Of a stretch of DNA of 64,000 nucleotides, positions 61,167-64,000 are shown piece by piece. Source of the DNA: Macrostomum lignano (lineage: Eukaryota). The translations under genes and the position numbers were made by a program. Each line of letters opens with the position of its first letter. Within the stretch, counting starts at the first letter, position 1. The notes under the pieces are model-generated. The model had not been told where the DNA came from. It searched no databases and worked only from the letters and a program-made list of their open reading frames with translations. Where the stretch lies: positions 1-64,000 of the forward strand of contig NIVC01000288.1 of NCBI GenBank assembly GCA_002269645.1. Direction: 5' to 3'.

Positions 61167-62585
61167 CTCTTTGAGGATATTTTAGACAAGCAAACATTTC
61201 TACTGAATTGCTCAGTAGTCTATACAGCAAAGCAAAGCGTATAATTTGTTTCAACAGTGGAGGACAGAAGTTAAAAAATTGCTATAAATAGGCGCCTATT
61301 GCTTTTCGGCGTCAACTGCTTTACCAGAGGTCTCAGGAAGGCAGCGGATTGGCTGGGAGTCCCTGATGTCACCTCTGTCTGGTTGGTAGTGCGGATTCAG
61401 AGAGTCTGTCTGTCTCTGCTGCCTCTCCTGCCCCAAGCTGCGCACTCGGCTGGCTACCAGCAGCCACATGAGGGCTATTTCTGATTCTGCAGATCTTCAG
61501 CTCACACCCGGCCACAACGCCACACACTGTTATACAGAGTTTCCTCTCTTAATTCCTGCTCCTCCTGCTGCTTTCGCCGCGTCCGTGATCAGCTCTGACC
61601 GCTCATCGTCACCTCGGCATAGCATCGGAATCAACCCCTGAGCAGCCCCTCCCCCCTGCAGACTTTTAGCTTGCCAGAAGCTATATTTATTGCCACTCCC
61701 ATTCCTGTCAATGTCTAGAATTATTGTGGGAAGACTTTTAGAATTTGTCAAGACGCAATAGTCTCAATTGTCTTTTACCCGCGGTCGCCTTGTGAAAAGA
61801 TTTGTATAAGACTTGTAAGTCCCAACTGTTTGGTACTCATATTTGCAAATGGCTGCTTATTCACCTGATCCTCTCTGCATTTGCGTGCGGCCTCAGAAGG
61901 CACGCCATTATTACCTTGCAGAGCGCTTCAAGTTGCACCCCTACCCCGTCTCAGAGCCCTATTATACACACACATACTAACAACAAGATCTCAGCCCAGT
62001 CAACAAGGTTTCGCGTGTCCGTTCATAACCCGAGCCTAATCAGCAGTGAGCTGCAGAAGCTGAGCGTCGTCATACATTTTCAGTTCTTACTCTCACACAA
62101 GCTACGCGGGTAGAAGCTTAGCCCCGTTGCTCAATTTGGCCGGACGGGGGAGGGGGATGTGGGGGGTTGGCAGAGAGACGAATTGAGAACAGAACAAGAA
62201 CCCCCGAGGGCTTGCACTGATCCCCAGCGTGTCCTCAGCATTCGTCTCTTGTCCTTCGTTCGGCTCCCTGTGGCCTGCTTCCATCCCATTCTCCTCACTC
62301 GGTCTAATCTTATCCCCACCCCTACATCGTCTTTCCCAACATATCTTTCGCGCGAAGCCGTCCTTCTGCTCTGCGAGGATTTTTTTGAGTTAAAGTAATT
62401 CCGTAGAGAAATATGGAACTGGAGCACTTCGAGATGGAGTGCCAGTAGCTGGAGTGAAGCAGCAGTGCCGATTGGAAAATTTCCTGTTTAATTTAATCTT
62501 CTCATCGATGCTGTGGCACCGTCTTTAGTAGGCCTGCAACACAGCCTTGCTAACCTAATTGGTGAAACTCAAATTTAACCTGCAG

Positions 62586-62670
62586 ACTCGCTCGTCAGTC
62601 GTGCACCGGAAGCTACACCCCGCCACCAACGTCGCTGCAGCAGCCGCAGTCAGCACTGGACTTTGGCACC
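62586..62670 (+). CDS. KIF26: KIF26/vab-8-like kinesin, probable exon 3 (gene continues beyond the window)
   Basis: Acceptor tttaacctgcag|62586 is open in phase 2 (RLARQSCTGSYTPPPTSLQQPQSALDFGT). Strong donor acc|gtgagt. Confidence 0.65.
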
Positions 62671-64000
62671 GTGAGTCTCATGCCTTACTTTCCTTACCAA
62701 GTGTTACAATTTGGTAAAGAGTTGCTCAAAGTACTTTTAGCTTAAGGCGAAGGGGTCGAGTAAAGGTGTGAAATTGTGTGCAATTTTATACTTCATTCCT
62801 CTCTCGCCGTTTTCAATTTGGAGCTCCATCGCATCTGCCAGTCTCTCACATCTCCCCCCAGTCGCTGAAGTTCCCAAGCATTTGTCGGCAATTGCAATCA
62901 TCTCGCGCCAACGTCCCAGGTCTCTCCGCCCCCCTCTCTCGTCCTGTTGATTGGCAATCAATAATTCATTATTTAGCTGAGGCTTGATACGTCAGCGGCG
63001 CCCTGAGAGTGTCCCTAACCCGCCAGACCTGAAGACCCACCTTTCTCGACGGCCCTGCAATTCAAAACTACTTCATGGAAGGCGAAGGCACAGGCCTATA
63101 GAGTTCATTGTTTTCCTTGGACTTCTCTTTTTCACCTGGGACAGAAAGTTTTTCTTTGAATTAGTTAAGCAATGCCGACTCTGAGAGAGTGAGCCCGCCC
63201 GACGTGCAACTGTTTCCACCTGTCTCCAACGTCAACGGCAAAATTAATTCCCAAGTATGAAAAAGTTATTGGAACGATTGGAACTTTGACTCTATAGTAT
63301 AGCGCACGCCTTGCGATTGCCACATCAACAATTCAAAAACACAACTTGGTTTTGATGTCACGTGCAGTGAAGAAAGGATCGCGGAAAAAATTGAAACCGA
63401 AAAGCTGCCAGATTCTGCGATACAACTGCGTCGCCAAATACAATTTTAGATTTTCGTTTTCTTTTGCCATTCTTTGAAGCCGTGGAAAAATTCTTTAAAG
63501 AAATCCTTGCCAGCGTTGTGTAGCGAGGCTTAAGTTTACCTTTTTCCTGCGACTGTAGCAAGAAATGACTATGCATGCGCTGAAGCCAAAAAAGGAACGA
63601 AGAATATGGGATGAAGGAAGCGCTGACGAAGACAGTCGCAGCTCGTATCCAGCATCCAACTTACCTGTTTTTCTAAGGATTTCTATCCCCAAGCAAAGAG
63701 GTCGTAGTCATAGCTAGTTGCAATATTTTGACACCCTAATACCCGGGGATTCCCCTAGCTCCAGAATGGATGCGATGCGGGTCCGTGTGGGGTCTGTGAC
63801 CTGTCAAAATTCTTCGCTTTCAAACAAAGACGACTGTCGGTCGTGACTTGCTGCTACATGGGCCCGTGCGCAGGATGACTGAATATCCGAACGAAAATGA
63901 TTGATCTTGTTCAACATCAACATGCCGCTCGGAAATTTATTGTAGATAAATGAGTCAAGCTGTTCAGAAGCTGGAACTTAAAATTTGATAGGCCCAACTT

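Overview
Eukaryotic, intron-containing invertebrate genomic DNA with no prokaryotic features. The repeat content (RTE LINE relic, (CTCCT)n tracts, short tandem arrays) recalls the flatworm Macrostomum, but that assignment is inference. Three spliced + strand genes are supported. (1) A two-exon secreted astacin metalloprotease (5484-5552, 5646-6308), with a frameshifted paralogue fragment at 1-287. (2) A type-I membrane protein with an FN3 domain and an FNDC4/5 (irisin-precursor)-like TM segment (14070-14459, 16314-16582, 19695-20237; first exon not found). (3) The 5' exons of a KIF26/vab-8-like kinesin (43428-43646, 60359-60693, 62586-62670), which continues past the window. The rest is mostly mobile and tandem DNA: two tRNA-derived SINE families, an RTE relic, an internally deleted tyrosine-recombinase (Crypton-like) element, a deleted Harbinger with a sister MITE, hAT-type MITEs (one family carrying a (CTCCT)n tract), GGGG-ended foldback elements with 8-bp TSDs, and a satellite-dense block at 24.5-42.8 kb. 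The most striking structure is a head-to-tail pair of sibling non-autonomous Helitrons (30455-35635, 35636-39007). They share a backbone but carry different satellites (23 bp vs 24 bp) in the same internal slot. Most long ORFs in the supplied track are read-through artefacts of repeats.
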